Assembly (NCBI GenBank): GCA_037441705.1
Contig: JBBIRR010000008.1
Coordinates: 23,925-87,924, forward strand
Direction: 5' to 3'
From: Ignavibacteriales bacterium
Lineage (GTDB): Bacteria > Bacteroidota > Ignavibacteria > UBA10030 > UBA6906
DNA: 64,000 bases
Shown here: positions 19,354 to 29,487 of the stretch, in pieces
Layout: every line of letters begins with the position of its first letter
How positions within the stretch are numbered: the stretch's first letter is position 1
Notes under the pieces: model-generated
The model's input: only the letters and a program-made list of their open reading frames with translations
What the model was told of the DNA's origin: nothing
Database searches by the model: none
Position numbers and translations under genes: made by a program

Positions 19354-20954
19354 TGGGCCGTCGATTCAACCTGCTTTCTCTTCCATTTATTGAGCGGTGG
19401 GGGACAACGCTGTGGACGTGGGGCGGCGTCATCCTCGTTTCCGGGATCGCCGGCGCCCTTAACGTCATCTCACAAGGGGATGTCCTCTCCATCCTGTTGC
19501 TGACCGGCTTAGCGTTGATTATCGGTCTCTCGCTCCTTCGCCCAACGCTCAGTCTGTATTTCCTCGTCTTTCTTGCCTTGGCCGTTGAGCAGGTTGCGGA
19601 TTACTATAGCTGGACGTTTGATATCCCCTACCACAAGAATATGAACAACATCCATCCCCGGTTTAGCGGCATTGCGATCAATCCGCTGGAGATTCACATT
19701 GCCTGCATGATCGTGGGGATGGCTCTTCGGTTTTCGCTGCTCAAAGAAAAACCGATGCCGATTCTGGTGAAGGCCCCGTTATTCCTCTACGGTTCCTCGA
19801 TTCTTTTTTTTGTTGTGTACGGCATTATGCGCGGCGGATCGATGTTGCCCGCAATCTGGGAGGTGCGCGGCATCTTTTATTTGCTTGTGCTCATTCTGCT
19901 TGTCCCTCAGCTCATCCGCACGCGGGAGCAGGTCACGGCGATGGTTTGGACGATCCTCGCCGCTCTCACATTCAGGGCCATTGAAGTCTCCTTCCACTTC
20001 ATCAGTGCAGGGTTCACGATTGAGGGGAGCACGGGGGGGTGGGGCAATCATGAAGACGCGGGGCTTCAAGCAACATTCGTTGTGTTTGTTGCCGGGCTGT
20101 ATGTGTTGAAGCAGGGCAGTAAGAAGCAAAAGGTTGTTCTCACCGCCTTGATGATCCCTGTCCTTCTTGCCATTGTCGCATCGGATAGGCGAACCGTGTA
20201 TCCTGTGTTTGCGGCGAGCTTCACGCTGCTGGCCGTGATGATGCCGGGGGAGTTTCAAAAGAGAGTACTGCGCATCGGCTGGAAACTGGGGATTCTCTTT
20301 ATTATCTACGTCGCAGTGTTCTGGAATTCTCGAAGCGAGAGCATCTTCTTGATGCCGGTGAAGAATATCCGCGAAGGATTGGCCGGTGAAGACCAGGAAG
20401 CAGCCGGAGAGTCATACTCCTCCAACCTCTATCGCAAAGTGGAAAACTACGACCTCTTTTCCATGATCAAATCCGAACCGCTTCTCGGGCACGGCTACGG
20501 CGTGCTGCTGGACTATCGCATGCCGGTGCCTGTTCAGTGGGACCTGGGTTTCTACATTCCTCACAATCAGATTGTGGGAGTGTTTGCCAAAACGGGTGCC
20601 GTGGGGTTTCTGATCTTCCTGCTGTTTTATCTATCTGTCTCGGCGCGTGTTGCGCGTGGATTCGGCGAGCTCGATGAGCGTGATTATCATCGGGCGATCC
20701 TCGTTTTGGTCGGCGCTGCCATCATCAACCACATTGTGTATTCGTTCTTCGATATCATGTTGACGTACTATCGAAATAACATCTATCTCGGCATTCTGCT
20801 GGGATTGGCAGGCGTGATTTTCGGTTTGCGGCGACAAGAGATGGAACAAACACCGGAGGCAGCGCCTGCGCAGGAGGAAGTCATCACGCCGCCGGTTCAT
20901 CAACTTTTGCAACCGCATTCGGAGGAAGTGCCTCTGCTGCGGCTTCGTGAATAG
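19347..20954 (+). CDS. Wzy polymerase/O-antigen ligase family protein
   Basis: About 12 TMs; S.RR motif, PLLGHGYG and PHN in the periplasmic loop. Confidence 0.82.
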   Translation: MVVGRRFNLLSLPFIERWGTTLWTWGGVILVSGIAGALNVISQGDVLSILLLTGLALIIGLSLLRPTLSLYFLVFLALAVEQVADYYSWTFDIPYHKNMNNIHPRFSGIAINPLEIHIACMIVGMALRFSLLKEKPMPILVKAPLFLYGSSILFFVVYGIMRGGSMLPAIWEVRGIFYLLVLILLVPQLIRTREQVTAMVWTILAALTFRAIEVSFHFISAGFTIEGSTGGWGNHEDAGLQATFVVFVAGLYVLKQGSKKQKVVLTALMIPVLLAIVASDRRTVYPVFAASFTLLAVMMPGEFQKRVLRIGWKLGILFIIYVAVFWNSRSESIFLMPVKNIREGLAGEDQEAAGESYSSNLYRKVENYDLFSMIKSEPLLGHGYGVLLDYRMPVPVQWDLGFYIPHNQIVGVFAKTGAVGFLIFLLFYLSVSARVARGFGELDERDYHRAILVLVGAAIINHIVYSFFDIMLTYYRNNIYLGILLGLAGVIFGLRRQEMEQTPEAAPAQEEVITPPVHQLLQPHSEEVPLLRLRE

Positions 20955-21131
20955 AAGGTGATCTCGCGAAGCACAGTACGTTGCACAGAATTGCCTGCTA
21001 CAGACGAGAACCAGAAATGCCGATACAACAACATTCAGTTGGAATTCCTGTCTACACGCCGTGCACGGGGGTGAGGGTCGGATTCGCTGCAACCGAAAAC
21101 CATATCAGGAAGCGAGACTGACCAAGGCGCC

Positions 21132-22616
21132 ATGAACGAAACGACCGCCTCGATTGCGCGCAACACCAAGGCCATGATGTTCTCCCAGATCGTGACGTGG
21201 GCGTCATCCTTCGTGTTGATGCTTTTCCTGCCGCGTTATCTCGGTGCTGAAGACTACGGACGCCTCTACTTCGCCATCAGCATCAACGCGCTGGGAGCCT
21301 TGGCGATGGATCTGGGATTCACGGCGCTCATCGTGAAAGAAATCGCCCGCGATCGCGCAAAGGCCAACAGTCTCGCCATCAATGCAGGCGTTCTGCGTGT
21401 ATTGCTGTGGATTGTTTCTCTGGCGTGCACGATGGCATTCGTGAAGCTTGCCGGTTATTCGAGAGAGGCGATGTTTGTCGTGTTGGTGTTGGGGGGTGCC
21501 AACCTGTTCTTTGGGTTGTATGACCTGTTGCATCGCGTGTTTGTCGGTTTGGAGCGAATGGAGTTCCGCTCTTATGCCCTCATCGTGGAGAAAGTGTTCC
21601 TTGCCCTCGCGGGCGTGGGCTTGTTGTTGATGGGAGCCAATTCCCTCGTCATCGCAGGGGTGATGCTGGTGAGCATGGCGCTCAACTTTCTCGTGAGCGC
21701 GCATTTCCTGCGCAAGATTGTTCCGGTGAAGCTCGACATTGATCCGTCGAGCTGGCGCCCGTTGCTACGGGCCGGCCTACCGTTCATGATCTCGACAGTG
21801 TTGGGGTTTATTTACTACCGTATCGATGTGATGATGCTTTCTACGATGACAAACGAGAAAGTTGTTGGCTGGTATGGCGCCCCGTACAAGTTGTTCGATA
21901 CGCTGATGTTCTTTCCGACGATTCTCAACACGGCTGTCTATCCCGTCCTTGCACGGCTCTATCACACATCGAAAGAGAGCATGGTGGAGACCTCCCGGAA
22001 GATTCTCGACCTGACAATGATCATCGCCGTCCCGATTGCCGTCGGCATGGTGGCACTGGCGCGGCCCATCATTTCGTTTCTATTCGGGCTGAACGAGTTC
22101 GAACAGTCGGTTATTCTGTTGCAGGTGCTGGCACCAAGTCTTCTTCTGGTCTATGTGGATTTCGTGCTGAACACCGTTCTGATCTCCAATGATAGACAGA
22201 AGAAGCTTGTCATCGTTTCCATCGTGGCAACGGTGATAAATGTCACCGTGAATTACTACGCGATCGCCTACTTTCAACGCAACGCAGGGAACGGCGCAAT
22301 CGGTGCAGCGATCACAACGGCCATCACCGAGCTGTGTGTCATGAGCATGTCGATCGCCATTCTTCCGAAGGGATGCTTTGGCGTCCCCAATGTGCTGCTT
22401 GCGGGGAAGACACTTGTTGCGGGAGCCGTCATGGGGGCCGTCATCTGGGGATTGGATCATCAGGGCGTGTGGTGGGTTCTTGCCGGAGCAATCGGAACGG
22501 TGGTGTACGGTGGGGCGTTGTTCATCCTGAAGGTCGTCACCAAACGCGAGGTCAGATTCTTCTCGAACCTCTTGCCGTTTCGCAAAGTCGCGGTGACATC
22601 GTCGTCGAATAATTAG
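21132..22616 (+). CDS. Wzx flippase
   Basis: IARNT, PRYLGAEDYG, YYRIDVMML..VGWYGAPYKL, GAIGAAITT. Confidence 0.92.
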   Translation: MNETTASIARNTKAMMFSQIVTWASSFVLMLFLPRYLGAEDYGRLYFAISINALGALAMDLGFTALIVKEIARDRAKANSLAINAGVLRVLLWIVSLACTMAFVKLAGYSREAMFVVLVLGGANLFFGLYDLLHRVFVGLERMEFRSYALIVEKVFLALAGVGLLLMGANSLVIAGVMLVSMALNFLVSAHFLRKIVPVKLDIDPSSWRPLLRAGLPFMISTVLGFIYYRIDVMMLSTMTNEKVVGWYGAPYKLFDTLMFFPTILNTAVYPVLARLYHTSKESMVETSRKILDLTMIIAVPIAVGMVALARPIISFLFGLNEFEQSVILLQVLAPSLLLVYVDFVLNTVLISNDRQKKLVIVSIVATVINVTVNYYAIAYFQRNAGNGAIGAAITTAITELCVMSMSIAILPKGCFGVPNVLLAGKTLVAGAVMGAVIWGLDHQGVWWVLAGAIGTVVYGGALFILKVVTKREVRFFSNLLPFRKVAVTSSSNN

Positions 22617-22633
22617 GGGAAGTGATTGTACAG

Positions 22634-23890
22634 ATGAAGTTGTTGATGATCTTTCAAACATCGCCGTATCCTCCGGACCTCGGACCGACAAAGAGGAACA
22701 TTCCGCTGTTTCTGGAGAACATCAAGCGGCACGAGGTCTCCGTCCTCGCGTTTGGAACCGAGGAGGAGGAGAAACGATTCCGGGAGATGTACGGCGCGCG
22801 GTGCAAACACATTGTGTTTGTCAACAACAAGCGTCCCCGCATCGTCAATTTCCTTCTGCGTCTCTGGCTGCTGGCGACCGGACGGAGTTCGTTTCGGCGG
22901 TTCTACACCCGGAAGTTCGCACGCGCACTGGACGAGCTTTTGAAGCAGGAACGATTCGACCTTATCCACTGCTGCACGACGATCCTCGGATACTATCAAC
23001 TGCCCGCAAACATTCCGCTGGTAGGCGACACACATAACGTCGAGTACGACAACATCTACCGGGCATTCAAGCAGTCTCATAATCTCATTCTCAAAGCATA
23101 TTTCTACTGGGACCATCTGCGCTTGAAGCATGAGGAATTGGAGATTACGAGGAAGTTCGACGTCGTCGTAACGACCACCGAACGTGATCGGCAGTTGTAC
23201 CTCAAGGAGTTGCCGGACAAGCCCATGGTCGTCATCCCCAACGGTGTTGAGCCGGCGTTCTTTCAGCGACTTGAGATTGCGGAAGAGCCGAAGACGATGG
23301 TGTTTACGGGACTGATGAACTATCTTCCGAATCATCACGGGGTTACGTATTTTCTTGACGAGATTTTTCCGTTGATCCTCGAACGCGAACCCGATGCGCG
23401 TGTCATGATTGTGGGGGCTTTCCCTCCGAAGAAACTCTTGCGACGGGCAAGTGCAAACGTAATCGTGACGGGATGGGTGGACGATGTGCGCCCGTATTTT
23501 CTGCGCGGTCAGGTCTTTATCATTCCGCTGCTGATCGGCGGCGGTATTCGCGGCAAAGCGCTCGAGGCTATGGCGATGCGCCGCCCGATTGTGACAACCA
23601 CTATCGGCTGCGAGGGCATCAACCTGAAACACGAAGAGTCTGCCCTCTTTGCCGACACGCCGAGGGAATTTGCCGACGCTGTTGTGCGTCTGTTCAACGA
23701 CCCGACGCTCAGAGCACGGCTTGCCGAAAATGCGTATCGTAGTGTCGTCGAAGGGTATAGCTGGGAGGTCAACGGCCTTGCATTCGAGCGCGTGTATCAG
23801 TCTCTTGTCCGCTCCAACGGCGAGGACGATCCCTTCCGTCGGGACGAGGCTCGCGCGTCTGTGCGCGCCAATGCCGTTGATGTCCTCTGA
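22634..23890 (+). CDS. Glycosyltransferase family 4
   Basis: HNVE, VIPNGV, GGGIRGKALEAMAMRRPIVTT; alternative GTG start at 22622. Confidence 0.9.
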   Translation: MKLLMIFQTSPYPPDLGPTKRNIPLFLENIKRHEVSVLAFGTEEEEKRFREMYGARCKHIVFVNNKRPRIVNFLLRLWLLATGRSSFRRFYTRKFARALDELLKQERFDLIHCCTTILGYYQLPANIPLVGDTHNVEYDNIYRAFKQSHNLILKAYFYWDHLRLKHEELEITRKFDVVVTTTERDRQLYLKELPDKPMVVIPNGVEPAFFQRLEIAEEPKTMVFTGLMNYLPNHHGVTYFLDEIFPLILEREPDARVMIVGAFPPKKLLRRASANVIVTGWVDDVRPYFLRGQVFIIPLLIGGGIRGKALEAMAMRRPIVTTTIGCEGINLKHEESALFADTPREFADAVVRLFNDPTLRARLAENAYRSVVEGYSWEVNGLAFERVYQSLVRSNGEDDPFRRDEARASVRANAVDVL

Positions 23891-23925
23891 TCTTTCTCAC
23901 ATCATCACCTGTACAGGATGAAGCG

Positions 23926-25053
23926 ATGAGTCTCTTGATTCACACCGATTGCCGCTTCTACAAAGGCGCCATGCCGTGCCAGTTCCACAAGCGCGACGGC
24001 AGGCTTTGCGATGGCTGTCAGGATTACGATCCGATCACATTTCGCATTCTCATCGTCAAACTCGCCGCCGTCGGGGACGTGTTGCGGACGACGTCGATCC
24101 TGCCGGCCCTGAAGAAGAAATACGCGGGCGCCGAAATCACGTGGGTGACGAAAACGAGTGCCGCTCCGCTCTTGCGCGGCAACCCTCACATCGATCGTGT
24201 GTTTGTTACCGAGGGCAGCTTCCTGGAATATCTCCAGAACGAAGAGTTCGACCTCGGCATCTGTCTGGATGCAGACCCGCAGAGTGCGACCATCCACAGC
24301 GTGGCGCGGTGCAAGGAACGGCGCGGGTTCATCTGCGACAAGGCGGGTCGTGTGCGGCCGGTGGATGAGCGCGCGCTCGAATGGTGGGAGATGGGTTTGA
24401 ACGATCAGAAGAAAAAAGCGAACCGCAAGACCTATCAGCACATCATGTACGAAATCTGCGGCCTTGATCTGCCGACCGTTCCGCCGCAGTTGATTCTCAA
24501 CGGTGCGGCCGGTCGCTTCGGGGAACGGTTCGTGCAGGCGCATTCGGGATTGAAGAATGTTCGCAAGATTCTCGGTGTCAACACCGGCGGTGGCGGACGC
24601 TGGCAATACAAGAAGTGGACGTTCGAAGGTTACGTCGGCTTTCTTGATTTGATGAAGCAGCGCCACCCCGATGTGGGGCTGGTGATTGTGGGCGGACCCG
24701 AAGAGGTTGACCTCAATCGTCGCATCATGGCGGCGGTGGGAAGCGGCGTCGTGGACGCAGGATGCAACAATTCGCTCGATGAATTTGCCGCCATCATCAG
24801 CACCTTCGATGTTCTTCTGACCTCCGATAGTTTGGGGATGCACATGGGCGTGGCGCTGGGAAAGCCCACCGTCGTTCTGGTTGGCCCGACCTCGCCCTGG
24901 GAATTGGATGTGTTCGGCAAGGGAGAGGTTGTCTACAGCGACATCGAATGCCTCGTGTGCTATCTCTCGCGGTGCGATAAAACGATGACCTGTATGAATA
25001 CGCTCTCGCCGGAGTACGTTCTCTCGCGTGTGGAGAAGCATCTCGCCATGTAA
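23926..25053 (+). CDS. Glycosyltransferase family 9 (heptosyltransferase-like) with Cys-rich termini
   Basis: IVKLAAVGDVL, KKW, SDSLGMHMGVALGKPTVVLVGPT, C-terminal CLVC..C....CM. Confidence 0.9.
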   Translation: MSLLIHTDCRFYKGAMPCQFHKRDGRLCDGCQDYDPITFRILIVKLAAVGDVLRTTSILPALKKKYAGAEITWVTKTSAAPLLRGNPHIDRVFVTEGSFLEYLQNEEFDLGICLDADPQSATIHSVARCKERRGFICDKAGRVRPVDERALEWWEMGLNDQKKKANRKTYQHIMYEICGLDLPTVPPQLILNGAAGRFGERFVQAHSGLKNVRKILGVNTGGGGRWQYKKWTFEGYVGFLDLMKQRHPDVGLVIVGGPEEVDLNRRIMAAVGSGVVDAGCNNSLDEFAAIISTFDVLLTSDSLGMHMGVALGKPTVVLVGPTSPWELDVFGKGEVVYSDIECLVCYLSRCDKTMTCMNTLSPEYVLSRVEKHLAM

Positions 25054-25074
25054 GGAACAATCCCCGATGCGCTC

Positions 25075-26013
25075 ATGACACCAACAGATATTCCCCTTGA
25101 GGCAACCGCGTCTGGAAGAAAGGAATCCCTTCTGCGTGCCTACATAAAGCTCATCCGCCCGAAGCAGTGGATCAAGAATCTCTTCGTCTTCGCTCCGCTC
25201 ATTTTTGCTCAGGAGCTGTTTGATCCGGTGCACCTTCTTCTTGCGTTGAAGGCATTTGCCGGCTTCTGCCTTGTTGCCAGTGCTGTGTATATCGTGAACG
25301 ATATCACCGACAGGGAAGCCGACCGAATGCATCCCGAAAAGAAATTCCGTCCGCTTGCAGCAGGAACGATCTCGATGTCCGGCGCTTACATCGCTGCGGG
25401 AATCCTTTTGGCAGGAGCCGCGCTTCTCTCCTTCAATATGGATCATGGGTTCATCATTCTCCTCTGCATGTACTTCCTGTTGAACCTTGCGTACTCGTTG
25501 AAGTTAAAGGAGGTCGTCCTGTTGGATGTTTTCATCATTGCTGCCGGCTTCATGATCCGTGTGGTCGGGGGGGCGTATGCCATTCAGGTCGAAACCTCCA
25601 CGTGGCTTGTGCTGTGCACGCTGTTCATTTCGCTCTTCCTTGGTTTTGCCAAACGACGAAGTGAACTCATGCAGATACCCGATGCAAACTTTGCCGAGCG
25701 CAAGGTGCTGGGGCATTATCGTGTCAGTTTTCTTGATCAGATGTTGACCATCTCGGCGGCGGGCGCGGTGATCTCGTATGCGCTCTACACGGTTGCCCGA
25801 CGGACCATGGAACTGTTCGGAACGGACAAGCTTATTTACACGACCGTGTTTGTCATTTACGGCGTGTTCAGATATTTGTATCTCATCCACACGACCACGA
25901 CCACGGACAAGCCTGCCGACGTCGTTACGTCGGATGTGCCGATTCTCCTTACGGCGATTCTCTGGGTGCTTGCCTGCGTCCTGCTCATCTACTTTCGGGA
26001 GGCTCTATTCTGA
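25075..26013 (+). CDS. UbiA-family polyprenyl-phosphate phosphoribosyltransferase (DPPR synthase-like)
   Basis: RPKQWIKNLFVF, YIVNDITDREADRMHPEKKFRPLAAG, KRRSE. Confidence 0.88.
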   Translation: MTPTDIPLEATASGRKESLLRAYIKLIRPKQWIKNLFVFAPLIFAQELFDPVHLLLALKAFAGFCLVASAVYIVNDITDREADRMHPEKKFRPLAAGTISMSGAYIAAGILLAGAALLSFNMDHGFIILLCMYFLLNLAYSLKLKEVVLLDVFIIAAGFMIRVVGGAYAIQVETSTWLVLCTLFISLFLGFAKRRSELMQIPDANFAERKVLGHYRVSFLDQMLTISAAGAVISYALYTVARRTMELFGTDKLIYTTVFVIYGVFRYLYLIHTTTTTDKPADVVTSDVPILLTAILWVLACVLLIYFREALF

Positions 26014-26027
26014 AACACGGCGGCGAT

Positions 26028-27194
26028 ATGAGAGTCCTCGCGCTCTTCTACGACATCCCACGGCCGGACTTCGAGGAACTGAAAAGACTTGAGGACCAGG
26101 ATCAAACTCCCCGTGCGACCATTTTCACGACGGAGTTCAATGCCGACGTGCTCGATCGGAAGATGCTTCAGCGTGCACCGGCGCTGCGGCGGTTCGTCTA
26201 TCGTTTCTTGCCCGTTCCGCTGGCGCAGGTTATCGAAGCCTTCTGCATTGTTCGTCGGTACGATCTCGTGCTGTCGTGGCAGGAAAAGATTGCGTTCCCG
26301 TTTGCGCTGCTCTGCAAGATCACCGGGAATCGGTCGGTTCCTCACGTTGCGCTCTGCAGCTGGCCGGGCAAGGGGCTGAAGGGGCTGTTGCTGCGCTTCG
26401 TGCACTCGCACATCGACCGCCTGATTCTCTGGTCGAGCGTGCAGCGGAGGTTGCTGATTGAGAAGTACAACATCCCCTCAACAAAGATATCTTTCATTCA
26501 CTACTTTGTTGATCAAAAATTCTTCCGCCCGCAACAGAGGGAGACGGACATGATCCTCTCGATAGGAAGCGAGATGCGTGACTTCCCAACATTGCTCAAG
26601 GCGTTGGATGGTTTGGAGATCAAATGCCATGTTGCTGCAGGCGAGTTGAAGGGGGTGAAGACGGAGTGGGTCAAGAAGGTCGAAACGGCCTCCTATATCC
26701 CTCCGAACATCACCGTGGGAAGGAAGAACGCGCTTGAACTGCGCGAGCTGTATGCGCGCTCGCGGTTTGTTGTTCTTCCTCTTCTTCCGACGCAAACAGA
26801 CAACGGCATTACGTGCATGCTCGAGGCGATGGCGATGGGAAGACCTGTCATCTGTTCTCGAACCGAAGGGCAAGTCGATGTGCTGAAGGACGGCGAGACC
26901 GGTCTCTTTGTGCCGCCCGGCGACCCGCAGGCGCTGCGTGCAGCCATCGAGTATCTCTGGAACAACCCCGACCTGGCGGATCGAATGGGGCGCGCGGCTC
27001 GCCGCTACGTTGAAGAATTCCAAACGCTGGATAAGTTCGTTGGGGACATCAAGCAAATCGTGAATGAAGTCCTTTCCGCCCGCAGCCAACAAAGAGCGCA
27101 GCGAACAATCAAGAGCGCCCCATCTCCGAAGCCAGAAAATGGCGAAACGACCGCCGAGGACGCCCACGAACAAAGGGTTCATGCCAACCGTTAG
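26028..27194 (+). CDS. Glycosyltransferase family 4
   Basis: RDFPTL, GITCMLEAMAMGRPVI, GETGLFVPPGD. Confidence 0.9.
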   Translation: MRVLALFYDIPRPDFEELKRLEDQDQTPRATIFTTEFNADVLDRKMLQRAPALRRFVYRFLPVPLAQVIEAFCIVRRYDLVLSWQEKIAFPFALLCKITGNRSVPHVALCSWPGKGLKGLLLRFVHSHIDRLILWSSVQRRLLIEKYNIPSTKISFIHYFVDQKFFRPQQRETDMILSIGSEMRDFPTLLKALDGLEIKCHVAAGELKGVKTEWVKKVETASYIPPNITVGRKNALELRELYARSRFVVLPLLPTQTDNGITCMLEAMAMGRPVICSRTEGQVDVLKDGETGLFVPPGDPQALRAAIEYLWNNPDLADRMGRAARRYVEEFQTLDKFVGDIKQIVNEVLSARSQQRAQRTIKSAPSPKPENGETTAEDAHEQRVHANR

Positions 27195-27338
27195 GTTGGT
27201 ATTCGGGCAGTCAGAAGCTATGTGAAGAATTTCTCGATGCCCGAATTAGGCTGGATAACTTTTACACACACCCCGTGGCGGGGAACGGTCGTTTCAGGCA
27301 AACCCATGAAGAATCGAACGTATTTGCTGAAGTGGGAT

Positions 27339-27353
27339 TGGCATGTCGCTTGA
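27339..27353 (+). promoter_or_regulatory. Putative sigma54 promoter for the second EPS operon
   Basis: TGGCAT-GTCGC-TTGA about 70 bp upstream of the GT2 start; same GA variant as at 16858. Confidence 0.45.
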
Positions 27354-27423
27354 ACGGCTCTTGATGAATCATTGTATGATGAGATAGAATGCAAGCCGGC
27401 CTTCATTCCATAAAGGACTGATC

Positions 27424-28629
27424 TTGATCGAAATCGTTATTACCATACTTCAGGCCCCACTGCTGGTCATTGCGCTTTGCCTGTCCTTGTACCTCCTGCT
27501 GCTGACGATCGTTCCGTTTATTGTTTCTGCAGGACCCAAAAGGCGTCCGTCCGACCGCAAGAAATTCGCCATCATCATCCCTGCTCATAATGAAGAGAAG
27601 GTGATTGAGAAAACGCTCCGCAGTGTTTTCCGTGTGGACTACCCGAAGGAGTTGTATGATGTGATTGTTGTTGCCGACAACTGCACCGATCAGACGGCGA
27701 AGATCGCCCTGGAGTGCGGAGCGATTGTTTTTCAGCGCGTCGATGCTGCCCGTCGAGGCAAAGGCTACGCGTTGAACTGGGTGACCCCTCAGGTGCTGGA
27801 GCGCCTCCCCGCTCCCGGCTACGACGCCTGTGTGTTTATGGACGCCGATTCGATCATGATGCCCGCGTTTCTCGAAGAGATGAACCGGTCGCTGCACGAA
27901 GGGCATCGCATTATTCAGAGCAGTGACCTGGTGCTCGATAACAGTACCTCGTGGCGAGTGCAATTGATTCTGATAGCATTTGCGCTGCAGAACTACGTTC
28001 GTCTGCTCGGCAAATCGCGCCTGGGGCTTTCCGTCCTTCTCAAGGGAAACGGCATGTGCTTCGATGCGTCCCTCCTGCGCACCGTCAAGTGGGACGAATC
28101 CTCGCTTGGCGAAGACCTGGATATGGGAGTCGACCTCATCCGCAGAGGTGAGAAGATTCACTTCAACCCGGATGCCGTGGTCTACGCACTTATGCCCGAG
28201 CAGGCCTCGAGCGCCACAACACAACGCATGCGATGGGAAGGCGGACGATTTGCCAGCCTGCGGCGAAGGGTTCCCAAGCTCCTGCGTGAAGCATGGAAGA
28301 AGAAGAGCATCGATCTCTTGGAAGCGGCGGTGGACGCGGCGTTTCCTCCGCTGGCCGTACTGCTGTTTGGCGCAGGCACGTTTGTCGCAATCAACGCACT
28401 GCTCATTACCGCGGGCATCGTGACCGGCACGCTGATGCTCTGGGGTTGGCTTTGTGTGCTTTTGACCATAGCGCTGCACTGCGTACTGGGTTTGATCATT
28501 GCGCGCGTGCGGTTCCGCAACCTGGTTGCCCTGTTGTATGTGCCGCGCTATCTTGTGTGGAAGCTCCGTGTCTACTTCGCGATGCTTCTCGGCAAAACGG
28601 AAAAAGGATGGATTCGCACAGAGCGATGA
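27424..28629 (+). CDS. Membrane glycosyltransferase family 2 (CESA-like)
   Basis: IIPAHNEE, VADNCTD, GKGYAL, DAD, GED, QRMRW motifs. Confidence 0.92.
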   Translation: MIEIVITILQAPLLVIALCLSLYLLLLTIVPFIVSAGPKRRPSDRKKFAIIIPAHNEEKVIEKTLRSVFRVDYPKELYDVIVVADNCTDQTAKIALECGAIVFQRVDAARRGKGYALNWVTPQVLERLPAPGYDACVFMDADSIMMPAFLEEMNRSLHEGHRIIQSSDLVLDNSTSWRVQLILIAFALQNYVRLLGKSRLGLSVLLKGNGMCFDASLLRTVKWDESSLGEDLDMGVDLIRRGEKIHFNPDAVVYALMPEQASSATTQRMRWEGGRFASLRRRVPKLLREAWKKKSIDLLEAAVDAAFPPLAVLLFGAGTFVAINALLITAGIVTGTLMLWGWLCVLLTIALHCVLGLIIARVRFRNLVALLYVPRYLVWKLRVYFAMLLGKTEKGWIRTER

Positions 28630-28698
28630 GGCAAACGTGTTTGATTTCCTTTTCGATCGTCGAGATGATTCCAACTCACCATTTGTTCGGGGGGAAAT

Positions 28699-29487
28699 AT
28701 GTCGTTGGATGACAAATCCGTGATGGACGATTCGTTTGAATCTGCCCTGGGTGGAGAGTTGCTTCAAACACGCCCGGTCTCTGCCGCGCGCGTTACCTCT
28801 CCGATCGCCAGCAAACCGGGAATTGTACGCGCCTACAGGGCATTGTTTGCGCGGATTAAAGTTCTGGTGTGGACGGCGGTCGTGGCTTCACGCGATCCGG
28901 CGAAGCGCGTGTTCGACATCATCGGGGCAGCAACCCTGTTGGTGCTGACCTCACCTCTCTTTTTGATTATCAGTATTGCGATCAAGTTGTACGATGGCGG
29001 CCCCGTGATCTTCACACAAACCCGCATCGGAAAATGGGGGAGGCCCTTCAAGTTCTACAAGTTTCGGTCGATGGTCGTGAATGCCGAAGACTTGAAATCG
29101 AAGCTGATGCAATTCAATGAAATGAAGGGCGTTACGTTCAAGATGAGAAACGATCCGCGCGTAACACCGGTCGGACGGATCATCCGCAGATTGAGTCTCG
29201 ATGAGCTTCCACAATTGTGGTGTGTGCTGAAGGGAGACATGTCGCTGGTGGGACCTCGCCCGCCGCTGCCGACGGAAGTGGCGCTCTACAACAATCGCCA
29301 CCTCTATCGGCTGGATGGGATGCCCGGACTGACCTGCTTCTGGCAGGTGAAGGGACGCAACGAGATTCAATTCGAGGATCAGGTGAAAATGGACGTCGAG
29401 TATCTTCACAAACGCTCTCTGAAGGAAGATATTCTCTTGTTGATTCAAACCGTCAAGGCAGTGGTCACAGGGCGGGGGGCATCGTGA
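28699..29487 (+). CDS. Priming phosphoglycosyltransferase (Bac_transf, WcaJ/PglC-like)
   Basis: KRVFDI, YKFRSM, DPRVT..GR, SLDELPQL, GDMSLVGPRP, PGLT. Confidence 0.95.
   Translation: MSLDDKSVMDDSFESALGGELLQTRPVSAARVTSPIASKPGIVRAYRALFARIKVLVWTAVVASRDPAKRVFDIIGAATLLVLTSPLFLIISIAIKLYDGGPVIFTQTRIGKWGRPFKFYKFRSMVVNAEDLKSKLMQFNEMKGVTFKMRNDPRVTPVGRIIRRLSLDELPQLWCVLKGDMSLVGPRPPLPTEVALYNNRHLYRLDGMPGLTCFWQVKGRNEIQFEDQVKMDVEYLHKRSLKEDILLLIQTVKAVVTGRGAS

Noticed and set aside
23905-25446. 513-aa minus-strand ORF
   Set aside because: Antisense to well-supported GT9 and UbiA genes
27403-28767. 454-aa minus-strand ORF
   Set aside because: Antisense shadow of the GT2 gene
29217-29483. N-terminal extension of the 605-aa ORF
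   Set aside because: Overlaps the priming transferase; the GTG at 29484 coupled to its stop is the better start
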